This document shows, in pieces, positions 19,494-29,599 of a stretch of DNA of 64,000 nt (position 1 is the stretch's first letter; each line of letters begins with the position of its first letter). The notes beneath the pieces are model-generated. The model made no database searches. It was not told where the DNA came from and saw only the letters and a program-made list of their open reading frames with translations. Location: positions 71,269-135,268 of the forward strand of contig DASPLQ010000012.1 in NCBI GenBank assembly GCA_035627515.1, read 5' to 3'. This stretch comes from Vitreimonas sp. GTDB lineage: Bacteria > Patescibacteriota > Microgenomatia > UBA1400 > PJMF01. Both the position numbers and the translations under genes were made by a program.

Positions 19494-20156
19494 ATGATCC
19501 CGCACTTCCGCAATCAAGCTCTTTTGATTACAGCTCTTACTCATCGCAGTGCCCTCAACGAAAAACTGTCAACTTCAGAAGAATCTAATGAACGCCTCGA
19601 GTTTTTAGGCGATGCCGTCTTGGAACTGGCCACTACCCAGTATCTCTATCACCATTTTCCTCAAGACCCCGAAGGGGTATTAACTGCTTACCGCAGTGCG
19701 TTAGTCAAAACCACCACTTTGGCAGAGGCAGCTTTAGAGTTGGGGTTGGGCGAACAGCTGTACATGAGTAAAGGGGAAGAAGCCACCGGTGGCCGCCAGA
19801 ATGTCAGTTTACTAGCTGATACTATCGAAGCCATTATTGGCGCTTTGTACCTGGATCAAGGCTTTGAAGCCGCCTATGAGTTCCTGCAGGATCACTTATT
19901 CCCTAAATTTATCAAAATCAAACAACAAAAACTCTATAAAGACTCTAAAAGCCAACTTCAAGAGCTGGTGCAGTCAAAAGGCCTGGATGCCCCTCACTAT
20001 GAAGTCATTAACGAGGTCGGCCCAGATCATGAAAAAGAGTTTACCATTCAAGTCTTAATAGCTGGTCAAATTCAAGGTAGTGGCTCAGGAAAAAGTAAAC
20101 AACAAGCTCAGCAAGCCGCCGCTACCGTCGCTCTTGAGAAGTTTGCTGCTGAGTGA
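19494..20156 (+). CDS. rnc: Ribonuclease III
   Basis: NERLEFLGDAVL plus dsRBD. Confidence 0.96.
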   Translation: MIPHFRNQALLITALTHRSALNEKLSTSEESNERLEFLGDAVLELATTQYLYHHFPQDPEGVLTAYRSALVKTTTLAEAALELGLGEQLYMSKGEEATGGRQNVSLLADTIEAIIGALYLDQGFEAAYEFLQDHLFPKFIKIKQQKLYKDSKSQLQELVQSKGLDAPHYEVINEVGPDHEKEFTIQVLIAGQIQGSGSGKSKQQAQQAAATVALEKFAAE

Positions 20157-20170
20157 TACAATCCCTTCCT

Positions 20171-20596
20171 ATGCTGAAAGTTAAACTCGCTCGTTTTGGT
20201 AAAAAGAAACAACCTCACTACCGGATTGTCGTCAATGAAGCTCGCGACAAACGTGATGGTAGCTATGTCGCCTTGTTAGGTCACTACGCTCCTACTCAAA
20301 CTCCTAAAACGTTGACTCTTGATGTAGAAGCTTACAATGAATGGTTAAAAAAAGGTGCTCAACCCACCGAAACCGTAGCTAGCTTAGCTGCTCGCTATCA
20401 ATCTGGTAATCCTTTCCCAGCTAAAAAAGCTCAACTTTCTAAAAAAGCTAAAGCCAAAGTTGCTGCTGAAAAAGAAGCTCAAGAGGCTGCCGCTGCTGCT
20501 CCCGCTGAAGAAGCCGCCCCAACCGCTGCTCCCGAAGCTGAAGCACCTGCCGAAGTCACTGAAGCTGAAGAGACCAAGCCTGAAACCACTGCTTAA
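20171..20596 (+). CDS. rpsP: 30S ribosomal protein S16 with acidic/Ala tail
   Basis: MLKVKLARFGKKKQPHYRIVV and GAQPTETV. Confidence 0.95.
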   Translation: MLKVKLARFGKKKQPHYRIVVNEARDKRDGSYVALLGHYAPTQTPKTLTLDVEAYNEWLKKGAQPTETVASLAARYQSGNPFPAKKAQLSKKAKAKVAAEKEAQEAAAAAPAEEAAPTAAPEAEAPAEVTEAEETKPETTA

Positions 20597-20630
20597 TTAC
20601 CCAGTACTAAGTAGCATCAGTTTTTGACAC

Positions 20631-20903
20631 ATGAAAAATTTACTCGAATTCTTGCTTATTCATTTAGTTGATCATCCCGAAGATGTCGTGGTGGAAGAAC
20701 ATGAAGATGATCGAGGAGTTGTGTTTACCTTACACGTCCATCCTGATGACATGGGTCGCGTCATTGGGAAAGGTGGAGCAGTCATCCAATCTATTCGCAA
20801 TATCGCCAAAATCCGTGCTGTCAAAGAGGGCATTCGCGCTCATATCGTCTTAGCTGAAGCTGAAGAGGGTAGTGAGGCTGCTCCTGAAGCTGTGGCTGCG
20901 TAA
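20631..20903 (+). CDS. khpA: KH-domain RNA-binding protein
   Basis: LVDHPEDV and DMGRVIGKGG; follows rpsP. Confidence 0.88.
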   Translation: MKNLLEFLLIHLVDHPEDVVVEEHEDDRGVVFTLHVHPDDMGRVIGKGGAVIQSIRNIAKIRAVKEGIRAHIVLAEAEEGSEAAPEAVAA

Positions 20904-21228
20904 TTTTTTCCTGTAAGAATGCTTTGTCTGTGAAAAAATATCCTTGTTAGTGGACTATTATTTCTAACTGCTTCTCAAAAAGTGAATTTTCTGTACGTTG
21001 TGCGGTTTTTGTTAATATCCGCACAATGAAAGAGGGGCTTTATTGTGGCTGGTGATGGTTATTAAGAGAGCTTAGCGTTACCTTACCTCTCCCTCTCTCG
21101 CAAAGTACCCTTCCTCAAAACACTCACTTTCACAGTGGCACAATTAGTGCACAATCGTGCCACAAAAATGCCACCGGTTTTTAACCGTTGCTACTGAAGC
21201 CACCTTCATAGGAAAAATAAAACCACCT
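20904..21228 (+). repeat. Modular intergenic repeat copy
   Basis: Motif A at 20998-21026, modules D-B at 21104-21175; ends TTTTTTCCTGTAAG and CTTCATAGGAAAAA are imperfect inverted repeats. Confidence 0.8.
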
Positions 21229-21230
21229 TA

Positions 21231-22049
21231 CTACAACTGATTACTGACCCCAAACAAATCTTCTAATCCACCACCCTGAATGACAGTAGGGGCCTGGATT
21301 TCGCTGAATACAAAGGTATCTACTTCTTGTAACACTTTTTCTTCCGCCGCACCCAGCGGTGGCAACGGAGCCTCCAAGGCTGCAGAAACCGATTTAGTGA
21401 AGTAAAAGCTGGTAATTAACAACTCAGCTTCGTAAACACTTTCTGCGGCACTTTTACCTGGTCGCAGTGGCTTACTTAAGCTTAAACTCGTGACCGTACT
21501 CGCCGGCGTGATTTTCTCCACACTTTCTAAGAAAACATTAATTTCAGCCAGCGACCCTTCCGTAGTTAGCAACACGTCTAGCTCATCATATTCACGCGCC
21601 ACCGTACTGGTTTTTTTCCGGTTGCGGGCCACCGCACTGGGAGCGCTAGATGTGCCGCTCGACTCACTAGCAATCGAGCCCGGTGATAACTCAATATTGG
21701 TCACCACTACTCCTGAATCTTGGATAACGCCATTTAAATTTGTCAGTAACTCCAAGAGGGGTTTTTTAGACGGCAAAATAGCATTGACCTTATCAGCTTT
21801 AGCGTATGAAGGCGAAAAAGAAATTTGTTGCAGTTCAGTGACTTTCTTGTTCAACTGATCAACCATATTTTGTTCTTTGCTCATCACATTCCAGACCGCC
21901 AAACTACTCTGGACTTGAGGTATGATCACCATCAAAAATAACAAGACGCTGATCCCAGCTAAGCCCACCGCAAATAACAAAAACCGCCGAGTTGTAGTCA
22001 AGTATCGGAGGCTTAATTGTGGTTGGTTAGTTAACGTCAGTTTAGCCAT
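21231..22049 (-). CDS. pilO: Type IV pilus PilO-like protein
   Basis: N-terminal TM, coiled coil, GSLAEINVFLESVE; follows pilM-pilN. Confidence 0.75.
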   Translation of the reverse strand: MAKLTLTNQPQLSLRYLTTTRRFLLFAVGLAGISVLLFLMVIIPQVQSSLAVWNVMSKEQNMVDQLNKKVTELQQISFSPSYAKADKVNAILPSKKPLLELLTNLNGVIQDSGVVVTNIELSPGSIASESSGTSSAPSAVARNRKKTSTVAREYDELDVLLTTEGSLAEINVFLESVEKITPASTVTSLSLSKPLRPGKSAAESVYEAELLITSFYFTKSVSAALEAPLPPLGAAEEKVLQEVDTFVFSEIQAPTVIQGGGLEDLFGVSNQL

Positions 22050-22054
22050 AAGAG

Positions 22055-22612
22055 TTATTTTTTCTCAGTTTTATTGAGTGAGATCGTCACCTGCATCGAG
22101 TATCCACCATCCTGATTCCGGGCTAACTCACTTTTGTTGACTGCCGCATACTGATTTTTAACCTCGTCACTCGAGAGTTTCTCAAACACTTCCTCTAGCG
22201 TAAACACATCTTGAGCTTTCAACCCAAACTGCAACAAACTTTCATCACCTTCAAAACTAATCTCACTAATCAAAACTTGAGGGCCAAACAAGGATGAAAA
22301 ATAATTAATTGCCGTCCGTTTGTCACTGCGTTGTTGAAAAAGTTCTCCTAAAATTTTGATCTTATTGGCAAAAATAACATACGAGCGTTCTACATTCTCT
22401 TGAGAAACTACCTGGCGTTTGAGCTCATTTTGTTTATCTTTGAGTTGTTTGACGCGATAGGTAAGAAAAAGCTGGGAAGAGGTAGCAATAATACTCAGGA
22501 TAGTAATAACACCAAACACCACCATCGCAATTTTAAAAAACCTTCGATCTTGTTGATCGAGTTTACTCAATTCCTTCTGCCGGTTGCGTAGAAAGTTGAT
22601 GGTATACGCCAT
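22055..22612 (-). CDS. pilN: Type IV pilus PilN-like protein
   Basis: N-terminal INFL motif, TM, coiled coil. Confidence 0.75.
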   Translation of the reverse strand: MAYTINFLRNRQKELSKLDQQDRRFFKIAMVVFGVITILSIIATSSQLFLTYRVKQLKDKQNELKRQVVSQENVERSYVIFANKIKILGELFQQRSDKRTAINYFSSLFGPQVLISEISFEGDESLLQFGLKAQDVFTLEEVFEKLSSDEVKNQYAAVNKSELARNQDGGYSMQVTISLNKTEKK

Positions 22613-22613
22613 A

Positions 22614-23621
22614 CTAGAGTTCTCTCATTAACAAACCCATGCACACAGAGTAGGCGGGGTGATTAGCGGGGGGAATCTCGCCGCTAGCTTGGCTAAACGG
22701 AGCTGCAATCAAAACTTCCACTCCGAGTTCGGCGGTAATTAACTGCACCATCCCCACCAATTGAGCCGAGCCGCCTGACAGTAATACCCGCTGCACCGAA
22801 TCGGTCGGGTGCTGGTTAATAAAGAAGCGAATCGCTTTTTGCATTTCGCCAATCAGTAACTTAGCTGCTGGCAACATTGCTTCCCGAACTTTGCCTTGGA
22901 ACTGGGCCTCATCCAAGCCATAACTACGTTTGTATTGCTCGGCTTGTTCACCAGTCAGACCAATCGTTTGCTCCAAAGATCTGGTCAATAACTGACCGCC
23001 ATTTAAGTGAGTAAAGACAAAGCTCAACTCACCTTGATGCATCACCGCCATATCCATGGTAGAAGCGCCCAAATGTACTACCAGGGTGGTGGGGTCTTCG
23101 ACCGTAAACTGCAACGAACGGATAACTGAAACGATGTGCGTTTCTAACACCGTCGGCTCTAAACCAATCATGGTAAAAACCGAGACATATTTTTCAATTA
23201 AGGATTTACGAGCACCGACGAGTAAGACGCGCATCGGCACATTTTTGTCGGCTTTTTTAGGCCGGAATAAGACCTGATATTCTAAAGATAATTCTTCGGG
23301 GGGGATAGGAATATGTTGTTCGGCTTGCCAACCAATAGCTGAGGCTAACTCAGCGTCCGACAACCAAGGTAGTGAGATGACTTTAGTTGAGACCATTGTT
23401 TCTGGTAAAGCTAAACGGACATCTTGGCGAGGCAAATTATTATCAGAAATGGTGGTATCAAGAAGCTTGGCTAATTTCTCTAATTGGGCTTCGTCGGCGG
23501 CTATGTTAACACCGAGAGGATTAAAGATTTCCAAGGCGCGGGTGACTTGGACAGCATTACCAGGTTTACCACTAATGGCTTTAATCGTATATGTTCCAAT
23601 ATCGAGAGCAAGGGCAGGCAT
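22614..23621 (-). CDS. pilM: Type IV pilus assembly protein PilM
   Basis: LDIGTYTIK, LSGGSA and C-terminal GLLMR; actin-like fold. Confidence 0.92.
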   Translation of the reverse strand: MPALALDIGTYTIKAISGKPGNAVQVTRALEIFNPLGVNIAADEAQLEKLAKLLDTTISDNNLPRQDVRLALPETMVSTKVISLPWLSDAELASAIGWQAEQHIPIPPEELSLEYQVLFRPKKADKNVPMRVLLVGARKSLIEKYVSVFTMIGLEPTVLETHIVSVIRSLQFTVEDPTTLVVHLGASTMDMAVMHQGELSFVFTHLNGGQLLTRSLEQTIGLTGEQAEQYKRSYGLDEAQFQGKVREAMLPAAKLLIGEMQKAIRFFINQHPTDSVQRVLLSGGSAQLVGMVQLITAELGVEVLIAAPFSQASGEIPPANHPAYSVCMGLLMREL

Positions 23622-23655
23622 AGAAGTTTAATTTTCAGTTTTTAATTTTATATGA

Positions 23656-24471
23656 CTAATTTTTGACAATATCTGCTCCACTATATAATGCAAAATCCAT
23701 CACTGATGGTGCGGTTGGTAAGGTGCGGTTGACTTCAACAATTCTCGTCTCATTGCCATTATTACTGCGCGCTTCAGAACGGACATTGAAGTACTGGACC
23801 GGCAACTCCCAGTTCACACCGGTAATGCGCACGTGGGTGTCACTGTAAACGGGTTTGACGCGCACAAATAAGTCATCACTGTTAAGAGTGAGCGTGGTAC
23901 TGCGCCGATAACCATCGACGTTGATGCTAGAAGCGGTGGTGAAACCATCACTGCGAGCACAACCTGCTAATGCGAGCGTCCGTGCCTTGGTATCGGTAGC
24001 ATCACCAGAAAAAATCGTGACTACTAAAGACGCTGGTTCCTGAGTACTACAGTTGTCTTCTTTGGACCACTCAATTTTGAGTTGGGGATTGGTAATGGCA
24101 GCGATACCGGTCAAATCTACCATCACATTGAGACCTTCAAAGAGCCGCGTTTCCAAGGTTTTGCGCTTGCTGATCGTGTAGTTAACATCGACGTTATCAA
24201 TGGAGGTGACTTCACCAGAGCTACTATCTTCTTCAAAAGTGAGTTCGGAGGAGAGGGCTTTTTCGATACCGGCTTCGGCAGCATTGAAAACGCGAGCAGA
24301 GTCTGCGCCTTGCTGGGAGAGGGCTAGATCTTGCGTGGTACGGGCAGCCACTGACAAACCAATCGTCAATAAAACCACCATGATCAACAGGATAATGACA
24401 CCAATCTGGCCAGCTTGAGAGGCTTTATGCACATACTCATCATAAAGCTTTACCAAAGCGAAAGCAACCAA
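23656..24471 (-). CDS. PilX-like minor pilin (true start probably slightly downstream)
   Basis: GQIGVIILLIMVVLLTIGL and FNAAEAGIE PilX N-terminal motif. Confidence 0.75.
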   Translation of the reverse strand: MVAFALVKLYDEYVHKASQAGQIGVIILLIMVVLLTIGLSVAARTTQDLALSQQGADSARVFNAAEAGIEKALSSELTFEEDSSSGEVTSIDNVDVNYTISKRKTLETRLFEGLNVMVDLTGIAAITNPQLKIEWSKEDNCSTQEPASLVVTIFSGDATDTKARTLALAGCARSDGFTTASSINVDGYRRSTTLTLNSDDLFVRVKPVYSDTHVRITGVNWELPVQYFNVRSEARSNNGNETRIVEVNRTLPTAPSVMDFALYSGADIVKN

Positions 24472-24490
24472 TATTTAGTCAAGGGAAATG

Positions 24491-25063
24491 CTATGCGGCT
24501 TCGTACTCAGACCAGTTTTTTTCGCGATCGGCTTCGATCAAATTCCGCAAATAGACAGAGCGGGGAATCTTCTTGGTCTTAGCAATAAAATCGAGATAAG
24601 CCACCTGGCGTGGTGAGATGAAAAAGTTGAAACGAGTATCAGCTTGAGAAATGGCAAAATCAATGGCACTCTTGAGTGTTTCTTCTAAATTTTCCAGGCT
24701 ATATTTTTGGACAACCAGCTTCTCTGAATCTAAACCTTCGAGGAAGTGGGGAGCGTGACCTTCGGTGTATAAGACGATTACGGGTTTACCGCGCTCCAGA
24801 GCTACGGCAATTTCATGACCTACTCCTAAGGAAGGGTGAGAAGCCTCGGCAACAACGATGTCACTACCTGAAATCCACTTTAACACTTGTTTATAGAAAC
24901 TCACTTTCTCTTGATCACTCAGACCATATACCTCATCGTGAGAAGGGCGCAAGGTATCTTCAACAACTGTATACTCGAGTTTTTTTAAAGTATTAACGAT
25001 CGCTTCGTACTGTTTAAGATACTTATCACGACCAGAAATAGAACCTACAAAATATGTTTTCAT
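24491..25063 (-). CDS. Nucleoside 2-deoxyribosyltransferase/Rcl-like domain fused to C-terminal RHH
   Basis: YFVGSI, SDIVVAEAS..SLGVGHEI..A...GKPV; tail TRFNFFIS...LD......PRSVYLRNLI. Confidence 0.75.
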   Translation of the reverse strand: MKTYFVGSISGRDKYLKQYEAIVNTLKKLEYTVVEDTLRPSHDEVYGLSDQEKVSFYKQVLKWISGSDIVVAEASHPSLGVGHEIAVALERGKPVIVLYTEGHAPHFLEGLDSEKLVVQKYSLENLEETLKSAIDFAISQADTRFNFFISPRQVAYLDFIAKTKKIPRSVYLRNLIEADREKNWSEYEAA

Positions 25064-25072
25064 AGGGGTATT

Positions 25073-26227
25073 TTAACGTCCAAGAAGAGATTTGGCTAGT
25101 GATTCAAAAAATTTACCTGTAGAAATCGCTGAAAAGTCTCGTTTGGGTTGCGTTTCATCGATGCGTTTTTCTAAGACAAAGATCTTGCCACCCTTACGGA
25201 ACTCATCAGGATCACCAGGCTTCGCACCAGGTACACGATACCGTTTAGCTAGGGCTGGATAACGCTCCGCTTCGCTTTCAGTTGGTCCAGTATCTTGCTC
25301 AGCCCACATCTTAAATTGGCCACGAACTTCCGTATATTTCGGTAACCACCGGTCGCGTTGATCTTCACGGGCTAAACTATAGGAAATAGCTCGGCTGAGG
25401 AACTTGTACCACGTCTTAGAGTACCGGTAAAAAGCCACCACTCCCAAAGATGCCCCGTCCCAAGTTTCGCGATATACCCCTTCTACTTCTTTGTTGAGTT
25501 GTTTCAGCGCGTAGTATCCATTTCGCTCAGGATGACGAATTAAAATTAACATCTTGCCACCTGGTTTAAGAATTCTAAAAGCCATATCCAAGCTGGCTTG
25601 TAAATCTTCATTATTAACTCCATCGGCGGAGTTCATGTACACTATCAAATCCATACTGTTATTGGCTAAAATTTGGTTGGCCATGCTGCCTTCCACCATT
25701 AACACTCGCTTATCAAATTGAACTTGAGAGGCTGTAACCTCACTATCTTCTGCAGTAGGGAAAGCAGCTCGTTGAGACTCAATAAATTCACCTGAATTTT
25801 CAAGCATTTTTCGACTAATGTCGACAGCTACAATCCCTTTAAATTGATTTAAACGTGGATCATCAGAAATGAGGCGTTCAAATAACGCTTCCCCCGAACC
25901 CATGTCAGCAATCATCGCCCCCTTGGTGCCAATTCGAGCTAAGAGGGTGGATAATAACTCCCACTCAAAGACCTTAACAACATCCATCTGCTTTTTAGTA
26001 TTCGTCTCATTTTTATGTTGGTGATATTCAGGAGCATTTTTATTCCAGTCGCCTTTAATTTCATCTATAGTAGGCGGGTGATTAACTGGCACTGCCCACG
26101 GCTGATTGTCTTTACCCACTGGCTGCGCATCTTCGCGTACTCCCACACCAACTATGGCACGCGCCACAGCATCAAAGACACCTCTATTGCCATTACCACC
26201 GATGCGGAGAACTTCGCGTAAACCCAT
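25073..26227 (-). CDS. Class I SAM-dependent methyltransferase
   Basis: IADMGSGEA, VAVDIS..ML and RILKPGG. Confidence 0.8.
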   Translation of the reverse strand: MGLREVLRIGGNGNRGVFDAVARAIVGVGVREDAQPVGKDNQPWAVPVNHPPTIDEIKGDWNKNAPEYHQHKNETNTKKQMDVVKVFEWELLSTLLARIGTKGAMIADMGSGEALFERLISDDPRLNQFKGIVAVDISRKMLENSGEFIESQRAAFPTAEDSEVTASQVQFDKRVLMVEGSMANQILANNSMDLIVYMNSADGVNNEDLQASLDMAFRILKPGGKMLILIRHPERNGYYALKQLNKEVEGVYRETWDGASLGVVAFYRYSKTWYKFLSRAISYSLAREDQRDRWLPKYTEVRGQFKMWAEQDTGPTESEAERYPALAKRYRVPGAKPGDPDEFRKGGKIFVLEKRIDETQPKRDFSAISTGKFFESLAKSLLGR

Positions 26228-26252
26228 AGTATCCTCTTATCTTAACTGTCTT

Positions 26253-26831
26253 TTACCCTTCGAAGTCAGGATATGACTCCATGTCTTCATCGATCAGTTT
26301 GCGCAAGTAAACAGAACGAGGCACTTTTTGAGTTTTGGAGACCCAATCTAAATAATGGGAGTGATCAGGAGCAACAAAGAAATTGAAACGAGTATCTTGA
26401 GTGTTGTTGATAAACTCAATCACAAATGACATCTCATTTTTCAAGTCTTCTAGCGAACTGTAGCGGATGATCTCAATTTTATCGTTAATTTTCTCTAAGC
26501 TGCGGAAAATGAGGGGCTCTTTACTACCACTGTAGAAAATAATCACCGGCTTAGCCATTTGCATAGCGGTAGCCAATAAATAACCCACACTAGTACTACT
26601 GGAAGAGACTTCAGCAAAAATGGCGTCAGCTTTTTTAATGCCATCCATCACTTTTTTGTGATAGGCGAGAAGGTCCTTATCCTCCATAGTTTGGAGTTGT
26701 TCAGGTGAGTACTCAAAAATGTGATCATTAATTAAGGTGTGACCTTGTTGTTTGGCGGCGTCAGCTAAAGTCTTATAGTTCTCATCAAACTGGGCTCTGT
26801 CGTGAATCGAAGCTAAGAAAAAGATTTTCAT
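26253..26831 (-). CDS. Second NDT-like/RHH fusion paralog (catalytic Glu absent)
   Basis: ADAIFAEVS..STSVGYLL; tail DTRFNFFV...PRSVYLRKLI. Confidence 0.72.
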   Translation of the reverse strand: MKIFFLASIHDRAQFDENYKTLADAAKQQGHTLINDHIFEYSPEQLQTMEDKDLLAYHKKVMDGIKKADAIFAEVSSSSTSVGYLLATAMQMAKPVIIFYSGSKEPLIFRSLEKINDKIEIIRYSSLEDLKNEMSFVIEFINNTQDTRFNFFVAPDHSHYLDWVSKTQKVPRSVYLRKLIDEDMESYPDFEG

Positions 26832-27292
26832 ACACCAGATCTTTCGTTAATTACTATATGTTGATATCAATAATATGTATTGTTAATAATTTTTATTAAA
26901 TTTTTATTAAATTTCGTCGACTGTTGAGGACAATTGAGTTTTAATTACTCATAAAGGCATCTAAAAATTGGAGCCTATTATATCATGTAGATTCAGTAGT
27001 TATGTAAAGATTCTGCATGTATACTTTTATATTTGAGTAAGTATATGATGAATCATATGCGTATACAATGTGTAAAAGTAGATCGCACTCGGCTATCAGC
27101 GGAGTAAAACTCGAGGCCAACAGTACACAAGCAATACATATAGGATATAACTCTTGACGGATTTATAATGCAGATATCAGAATTTGCATTTTTAACTACA
27201 GATTCTGTAGAGAGAGGTCACAAGCCTCGATTTTTTAGTAAGTAAAAGAAAAAGCCTATAATAAAAATTATATTAAATAAAGATTAAAAAAT

Positions 27293-29533
27293 ATGAATGA
27301 AACATTTGCACTCCAATACGAAAGAGGGTCAGTTAATCCAGAAAAATTTCTTAAGGAAGCTGAAGTTCTTTTAAAACGGATTAAAGATATTATCTTTCAT
27401 AATAATGATTTATTACCACAAAACAGAGCGATTGAGTTTTCCCAACAAAATGTAGACGTACTATTTGACAGAGTCAGAACATTGGGTACTAGTTATGACC
27501 AGTGGGACGATGCAGTGCAAAGTTTGACTGTGGTTGCTTACGATAACTTAGATAAAGTAACCCCAAATGTGCGAAGTGCCGAAGCCACTCGAACCCGATT
27601 TGAAACTGTTACTAAACAGCTCAGTGATTGTTTAGCTCAATTAACAACTGCGCTGACAGAAGCTAATTATTTTGGATATCAAGTCATGGGTGCCTTACGT
27701 AATCCCACAAACTTCGATAGGTTACCTAAAGTTGCTTCAGTTATTAATCATGATGATATTACCGATGAAGAAAACCGCGCTGTCAAAGAATTTGCTACTA
27801 AACGCTTATTAATTCAATTAGGCAAAGCCACTGCGGGGGTGTTAACCATGGCTTCCATGGCTTTGGGGGCTGACCAAGCTTATGCACAAGTCAAAGAGGG
27901 AGATGTGGCAGCTGCTGTCGATGGAGCGGAGGAATATTACTCACACTTAGTCGAACAAGCCGAAGAATACCTTCGCACCGCTGCTGACTTATTAAAGGGT
28001 CGCAATGAATTAGAGCATATCTATAGACAATTAGAACGTTATGGCTTTGAGTTCCCTGGAGATGAAGAACAGGGCAATGGTTTACTCGATGGAGCAGAGA
28101 AGGAAGAAGAAGGTCCTGAAGTGGGAGGAGCTAAAGAGCTCATGTATAAACCAGAACGAGGAGCTCATATTGATGCGTTCCATGTCGTAGGCATTGGGCC
28201 AAATGCACGATTAGAGCTGTGGGATAGATTAAACAGTAATGATTTATTGGGCACAGTATCGGTAACTGATGCTGAAAATGATATTGTAAGCGCTCGAGAT
28301 CTTACAGTCAGTGCGGTTCGTGAACTGGATGGCACTGCAGTTGTTATGTTTGATCGTGAAGGCTATAAAGTTTTCTCTATCGATGGTCAACTTATATTAA
28401 TTGATGTCAATGATGCTGAAAATTTAACTACTGAAACAGTTTTTGCTGATAAAGAATTAAACACTGTGGTGGAAGATGACACTCCTGAAAGTCCCGCCCA
28501 ACAGCCGCCAGCAGTCGAAGCTTGGTTAACACAAGACATCCAATCTGCTCTCAATACCCTTAAACGTCAACTGAGAACGGAAAACATAACTGTTTACCAA
28601 CGACCTGAAGATCAACTTATTGTTGCATTTGTTAATGGCAGTCAGGTACCAGAGTGGGTATATGATCTTGCTTCTTTAAGCTTCGTGCCTAGAAACACTG
28701 GAGGTGGAGCTGAGTTCGTGCCAACTAGTATTCCAAGTGGAAATCCTGCGCAAGAAGCGGGTGTAATTAGTCCAAACAGCCCAGCAGAAAACTCACCTCA
28801 CTTAAGAGTTAATGATGTTTATTATAATCAACTAATTGATCAAGAAGTTAGAGTTCAAACAGCATATCCAGGATGCTTAGTTTTTGAAGTACCTACAAAT
28901 TTTGGCAAAGAACAAGGTGGACCTCAAGTAAATTCTATTGAATGGTTTGCAGATGAAGCCACAACTAGAGAAGCCTGTGATTTGTTTTGGACTGTTACTT
29001 TTAGGGATCTTATCCTGGGTAAAAAGAAAAACCTAGAAGGCCAATCCTATGCGCAATTATTAGGCGTAAGTGAGAACCCTACTTTTGAGGAGGTTTCAGC
29101 TGCATATCATGCTATGAGAGGTAATCTTCCCTTAGTTCCCTATATGAATACTTATTGGCTTGACCCTAATCAAGCTATTCGATTTATGCCTATTCCATTT
29201 TCTACTGCACAAAGAAAATTTGAAGATCGCACATCCGGTGGGTGGGTAGATAGCTTACAAATAGAACAAGGGGACCTTTACGGCGTTTCAGGAAAGCAAG
29301 TGATTTACCCTAATCAAGATGTAACAATGGGTGTATTTCTTAATCAAACAGATGGACTTAATTGGACTGATGGCTTTATTGTTCAGTTTTATGTCTTACA
29401 TGAAGCAATAGTGAAAGGTCGGAATCCTAACTATAGTGTCGATGCTTTCCCAGAGTCTTTGTATCCACTATACGACATCTTAGGAATTGACATTAACACC
29501 TGGACAGGGACAGGATCAATCACAATCAATTAA
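27293..29533 (+). CDS. Large acidic hypothetical protein with internal hydrophobic/signal-like segment
   Basis: 746-aa ORF; KRLLIQLGKATAGVLTMASMALGA segment; no recognised motif. Confidence 0.7.
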   Translation: MNETFALQYERGSVNPEKFLKEAEVLLKRIKDIIFHNNDLLPQNRAIEFSQQNVDVLFDRVRTLGTSYDQWDDAVQSLTVVAYDNLDKVTPNVRSAEATRTRFETVTKQLSDCLAQLTTALTEANYFGYQVMGALRNPTNFDRLPKVASVINHDDITDEENRAVKEFATKRLLIQLGKATAGVLTMASMALGADQAYAQVKEGDVAAAVDGAEEYYSHLVEQAEEYLRTAADLLKGRNELEHIYRQLERYGFEFPGDEEQGNGLLDGAEKEEEGPEVGGAKELMYKPERGAHIDAFHVVGIGPNARLELWDRLNSNDLLGTVSVTDAENDIVSARDLTVSAVRELDGTAVVMFDREGYKVFSIDGQLILIDVNDAENLTTETVFADKELNTVVEDDTPESPAQQPPAVEAWLTQDIQSALNTLKRQLRTENITVYQRPEDQLIVAFVNGSQVPEWVYDLASLSFVPRNTGGGAEFVPTSIPSGNPAQEAGVISPNSPAENSPHLRVNDVYYNQLIDQEVRVQTAYPGCLVFEVPTNFGKEQGGPQVNSIEWFADEATTREACDLFWTVTFRDLILGKKKNLEGQSYAQLLGVSENPTFEEVSAAYHAMRGNLPLVPYMNTYWLDPNQAIRFMPIPFSTAQRKFEDRTSGGWVDSLQIEQGDLYGVSGKQVIYPNQDVTMGVFLNQTDGLNWTDGFIVQFYVLHEAIVKGRNPNYSVDAFPESLYPLYDILGIDINTWTGTGSITIN

Positions 29534-29599
29534 GCATAGTGACTTCAGTCTTTTTTCGTGATTTAATGAAGTAGTAACTTTAATTGTAAACTTCATATC

